From positions 33,666,001-33,730,000 of the forward strand of contig OZ320319.1 of assembly GCA_976226885.1 (NCBI GenBank): DNA of 64,000 nt, in the 5' to 3' direction. Shown piece by piece: positions 58,979-64,000 of this stretch; within the stretch, counting starts at the first letter, position 1, and every line of letters starts with the position of its first letter. The translations under genes were made by a program, and so were the position numbers. Under the pieces are notes generated by a model. It did not search any database. It was not told where the DNA came from and saw only the letters and a list, made by a program, of their open reading frames with translations. This DNA comes from Iphione sp. A-MEVVRFRX5. Taxonomy: Eukaryota.

Positions 58979-61499
58979 CCACTCCTGTTCGCTATAATGA
59001 TGTCCACTAAAATGTAAATGACTTTCGCACGAAATTTCGTCGCTCGTGTTACCTAGAGTCACCATCTAATCATCTGCCCTTGCTCGCCAGAGTACGGGAG
59101 GTGCCGCCTTCAAACGCTTGCCTGAGCCCGACAGGTAAACGCAATGAATCTCGCGCCCGTGGAAGTGTGGACTTGTTACTCGAATTGGCTGTCATGAGCC
59201 GAGTCATGCCAACGCTCTGCGCTGCATCGCCGGCGGTCTCCTCCTCGCGGACACGCTCAACCCTTCATTGGCTACTGATCATCTGGCCGTGGGGAGGTAA
59301 TGGCGCTCCTTCTAGCGCCAGGCCTTGACCGCCTATCCCCCAGAGATGGGGTGGCCACAGAGGTGGCCGATTAAGGTCACGTGGTAATTAGTGGCCAGCT
59401 ATAGCTACCCCTTTCATGGACAACAGCCGCCTGAGGAACCTCATCCTTGTATTATAGCGCCAACCCTCTATCAAATTGGCGACCGGTCGAAACTCGTTTC
59501 CGTAAATTTCATTTATATCAATTTCGGATATAAACGGATACGCCGATGTGCTGGGGGTACCTTGAATTTAAACATCTTAAATCGAGTCTCGTTTCCCAAA
59601 GCAATTTTCTTCCATGTGATTAATCATTTTAGAGTTAGCAGAAAGACCCCGACAAGTCTCTATAGCATGGGATGCATATGTGCAAGGTGAATGCAGGGCC
59701 GAGAAACCAATGGAATAACATCTAGGAGAGGATGGGTGTTTTGCCGACCCTTTGCCTCCTCGAGAAAGGATGTAGAGGTCTTCCGATTGCTATGAGTCGT
59801 AGATCTAACTTGATGCCCACGGTGTGGCGACCAGTAGGCCGACTTCCTGCTCCGATATCCTCCGCGTCGACAGGAGAGCGGCGACGGTACAAAGACGGCG
59901 GTCGAAATGTCACGTGAGTTCCGGGAGCTGCCACCTTGGCCACCCTTCCTTTGGATTGCTCTGCAAATGTCAATCGTTCCATTTGCAGGCTGATGCAGGA
60001 GAGGCGCACACAATGCCCCCGTAGTCATTTGCGGATGGCCACGCCATCTAGGAGTCGGCACGTCACCAGCCATCCACCTCCCACCCCGTCCTCAGAAGTG
60101 ACAGCCTCAAAAATATAATAATATCAATGGCAGCATATGAAACCACGCGCCAGAAGGGAGTGACGCTTGGCGTAGCTTCATGCAGACTTTCTAAGTGGAC
60201 CTCTGAGACCCTTGCAAATTTCATTCTGTAGACTCATTATTCTTCTGATAGAGGATGAAATCCGAGCATCGAAGAGTTCCTATTTAATTTCCCTACGGTA
60301 AAAGGTGCGGTTAGGGGGCTTCGTTCCCACCTGAGGTTTATCTGAAACGGACATTACTCGAAGACTTCACCGCAAGCGTGATCGGACACATATATCAAGA
60401 CGCTCTGTCGTAAATCGGACGAACATTATCACCGCCGTTTTTTAACACTGGCAGCTTGATCGAGAAATACTGTGATCAGCAAAGCAGCGCGAAGAAGACC
60501 GCCTCAAAAATGCTTACACACGTCAGTGTGGCGTAATGTCGTACGACGTAGAATCGAAAGTTAACATTCATTCGCAAATTGCCAATTGAACATATCGCTA
60601 TGTTCATGCGCACCACATCCGATCAAAATTAAGCTGCTTGGTTGAGCGAGGCTGTCTCTATTCAAACCGATGTAAGTTATCCCATTATGTCCGTGTTTGA
60701 ACGACTATTTTTTATACATGCCGTGCCTCACTCTAATGATTGAAATTATCACAGGAACACTGTTCTATGTCGAATGTGTCACTATATATTAATTCAAAAT
60801 TAATAGAAGAAATTGTTTTAAGAAGTGCATGATTATAATGAATATGTCATTATAATGGAGGCCATTATAACGATGCCTAATTGCATTCCCTTTCGCAATG
60901 CAATGGAAACATCTGCGTAATATTCTCTAGGGTGTCAGGTGGCTTTCTGACATCCACTGTTAGCTGTGCTGCACATGGATTACAAAAACATTTGACACCC
61001 ATTGCTTCACCTTCGTTTGGCCTGTATGCAGAAATAACCCTAAAAATAAAGCCTGGCATTTCTACTTAAGGTTGTCACCAAATGACTTGTAAGACACTTG
61101 TCAGTAAGACTTAAAAATATTCTTCTGGTAACACATTGTAGGTAGTTTTTTCATTTTTCTTGTTGAATTGTTAATGGATCCTGAAGATCAAAGTATGTTT
61201 CCACTCCTGAAACTGCCCCTTTTACTGTCAAGAACTTATATCATATGAAAGCTGAGGACCACAGGAAGAAAATACTGAATTGTCTGAGTCTCTAGCTGTA
61301 TTCATTCCTGAGAAATTCACAAAACAATACAGAAGTAAAAATCAGGGTCGGTCTGGTGAACAGAAATACAGGTGTTTTTACTAGGCTTAAATCAAAGTAT
61401 CAAATGGTTACAATTGCACTTTTCTGCTGCCTCCCATCAGAACTCATTGTCACATAAAAGTCACTCTCTCATGTAGTGGGGATTTCTTGGATTGAGGGA

Positions 61500-61900
61500 A
61501 TCACTAAACGAAGAAGGCTCAACAACAGTGTCTTTGGTATGCCAATTCTCATGCCTTTTTACTTTACTCAGAGCAACTCATGAAAAGCATGTTTAATATC
61601 GACGAATGCATAAACAATACCACCTGACCACAAATTTGCAGGAAAAACCATTTGATTCTAAGGCACGTCATCAATAGGCAACTCAAAATACTCTGGATTA
61701 TATAGCAACTTCTTCTGTACCAAGATAAAATATTTGTATACGTTTTCTAGTTTCAAATCAGTTTGGGGTACAATCATTTTGTAAATATTCATAGTTATTT
61801 TAGCTCTCACAAGAGAAACGAGTTCAAGTTCAACATGTTTGTAATTTAAGCCACATCGAGATATCATGTTGCTAATGGTCAAATGATACCATAGCCTTCG
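61500..61900 (-). pseudogene. Possible degraded LINE reverse-transcriptase fragment
   Basis: Minus-strand frame with stops reads NQMVF...VYAFVDIKHAFHELL..KGMRIGIPKTLL, resembling the F.D..KAFD and GI.G.LL segments of RT. Confidence 0.3.
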
Positions 61901-64000
61901 CTGTTTTTATTGCAATAGCAGTGAACGTTATTGGGTAAAGGAAGAGGCAATTGCTTCAGTGCTAGGTTTCTGTTTGTTATTCAATGGTTTCTTTTTGTAG
62001 CATGCTTGCGACTCCTTAATGTTACTGCATGGTGCGTTTCCCTCACTTCAGATGAACAAATATAATTCATGGCTCACAGAAAATGTTAATTTAGTCCTTG
62101 GCCAAGAGGTGACCATGATAAAGAGACATATTACACATACATATGCCCGTTAATCGCATCACCGGAGGAATATATAGACCATCATCCTTCCCACGCATCT
62201 CTTAATCCGGCATCTCCCAGCCCACCACTAAACCCCAGCTGCTCTCGAACATTAATCATCTTTATTCTAATCATGGAGCGAATTCCCCTGAGATCAGGTT
62301 GTCTCTACACCAAAGCACAAAGAGACGCTGGTCGCCCCCTAATGGATATTCTGCAAAATACAGGCTTGTCTGATTTTTCCTTTCCCTGCTATTGGAATCT
62401 ACCATGGAAGGAATCTCCTCTACGAACGAGAGGTTCATATAGATGTGATGCCTCCTAATTGTACTGAGAGCATCTCATTCAGGGATAATACATTATGCTA
62501 GAAGCAGGACGCTCCCCACGACGGCTCCGTAAGACAGGAGGGTGTTAGGAAATCCGAACGAAATATGACATTAAGGTGGTACAGTTAAAGTGCAATGTAT
62601 ATTTTAGGGTCCGCACATCAAACGGCATTTCACTGATCTATACTGTAACATACGGAAGATAGAGCTGTGCATCCGTAAGGCCATGTTGCGTCTTTGAAGC
62701 AGCCTCTACATCATTTATAATGAGCTATCTGCACCTTTCTGCTGGAGGAGTGGCCCTGACAATGGAGGCTGACGCTATCAGACAGACCGGCCTCGGGATA
62801 ATAGCACTGATACAGGGTAGTCTGCAGTGTTCAGTCTGTCGCTATAGTAACGATCTATCTGGTCTGTCCTTACGCTTTCTGGAATAATTGCACAAAAAAT
62901 TCAGTGGTCTTTCATTGATCGCTGGTATTCTCCTTTCAGTCTTCCTTAAGAGCTGTATATTGCGGTTGAAACCCAACCAGGTTTGATCTTAAGTGGATAT
63001 TCAAGAACTTGAGCCGTAGTCTAGGTAAATAACTATGAATTCTAATGATAAAATTGAAGGGAGAACGGACATAACAAATGGATATAAAGTGCAATCATGA
63101 GGATAGTAATAAGTAATTATATTACTTACAGAAGAGGACCTGGAGGCTGTAATTACCTGCTGCTTACAATTCCCGAGTATTTTGTAACTCTCAATGAACA
63201 GTTCGAAATGCTTTCACCAGAGTCAAAGAAAACGCACGTCCTCTTTTCTAATGCGAAGAGGTTGGGGCACGGCCTGGGCGACTTAAGAAGGTTCTTCTAT
63301 GCGGTTGAGGGAAGCCTTGCTTCCGGGTAATTACTGTGTCAAGAGTGCTTTGATTGCCAGCCAATCTACAAGTGGAAAAAGTAAACTGGTGAAGAATACG
63401 AGCCAAATAGCTTTATTCTTCTGTAAGTCCATTAAAGATAGAATTTCTTCCTGAAACCGTATAAGGAATTACTATTTGAATAGTAATTTCCCCCTTGATG
63501 ACAGAATGAATTAATGGTATGTGATTTGAATGCATTTCAAAATGAACTTGGCTTTTCTGTTGTTTTTGTTTTTAAAATTGGAAGACAATGATCATTTCTT
63601 GATCGGACAACGTTCTGACAACTATTTGAAGTTTAATTCTCATTAATTATATTTTTAATTATGTATATAATTAATCACAGTAAAACGTTACTGATTAAAA
63701 CAACCAGGCAAACAAAACAATTCTATCTTTTACGAATTGCTCAGAAGGTAATTACTACTGACGTTTGTCGGACGGCTTCGCACTTAATTATTATCGACGA
63801 GACGGAGATTAAAGTTCCTCCTACACATCCCCACACTACTGTGAAAATGAAGACAAAATATCATGTTGTCCTGCAACAGCAATATCCTGCTGTTGCTAGA
63901 GACAGCACACATATTTTGGTCAGTGACTGATGTAAATCTCCTTACCCCAAGATGCATCTAGGTAACTTTTATTTTGAAACCGTAGGTCCTAACACACAAA

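Noticed and set aside
58761-59065. ORFs spanning the N run
   Set aside because: Artefacts of the assembly gap.

Overview
AT-rich animal (probably invertebrate) genomic DNA. The dominant feature is a complete 23,771-bp Polinton/Maverick (adintovirus-like) endogenous virus at 19467-43237. It is bounded by AGTAGT...ACTACT termini, short imperfect terminal inverted repeats and a perfect 6-bp ATTTAC target-site duplication. Its core genes have open frames: protein-primed PolB, packaging ATPase, rve integrase with chromodomain, minor and major capsid proteins, adenain-type protease and a basic core-like protein. Reading splice signals by hand gives several features not in the ORF track. PolB has five exons (four phase-0 introns) and ends in a NADAR-like domain. 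Two head-to-head spliced LRR-cap/mucin/TM membrane proteins, a SOCS-box protein and a spliced gene with an in-frame UGA-CUAG readthrough context are also present. The right end holds two structured B-box (Pol III-like) RNA candidates and three E2F/CDE-CHR motifs. Host sequence includes a 5-HT4-like serotonin receptor CDS (13186-14337, minus), a decayed DIRS-type tyrosine recombinase, weak LINE/SINE remnants and a 175-N gap. All domain calls come from motif recognition by eye; no searches were run.
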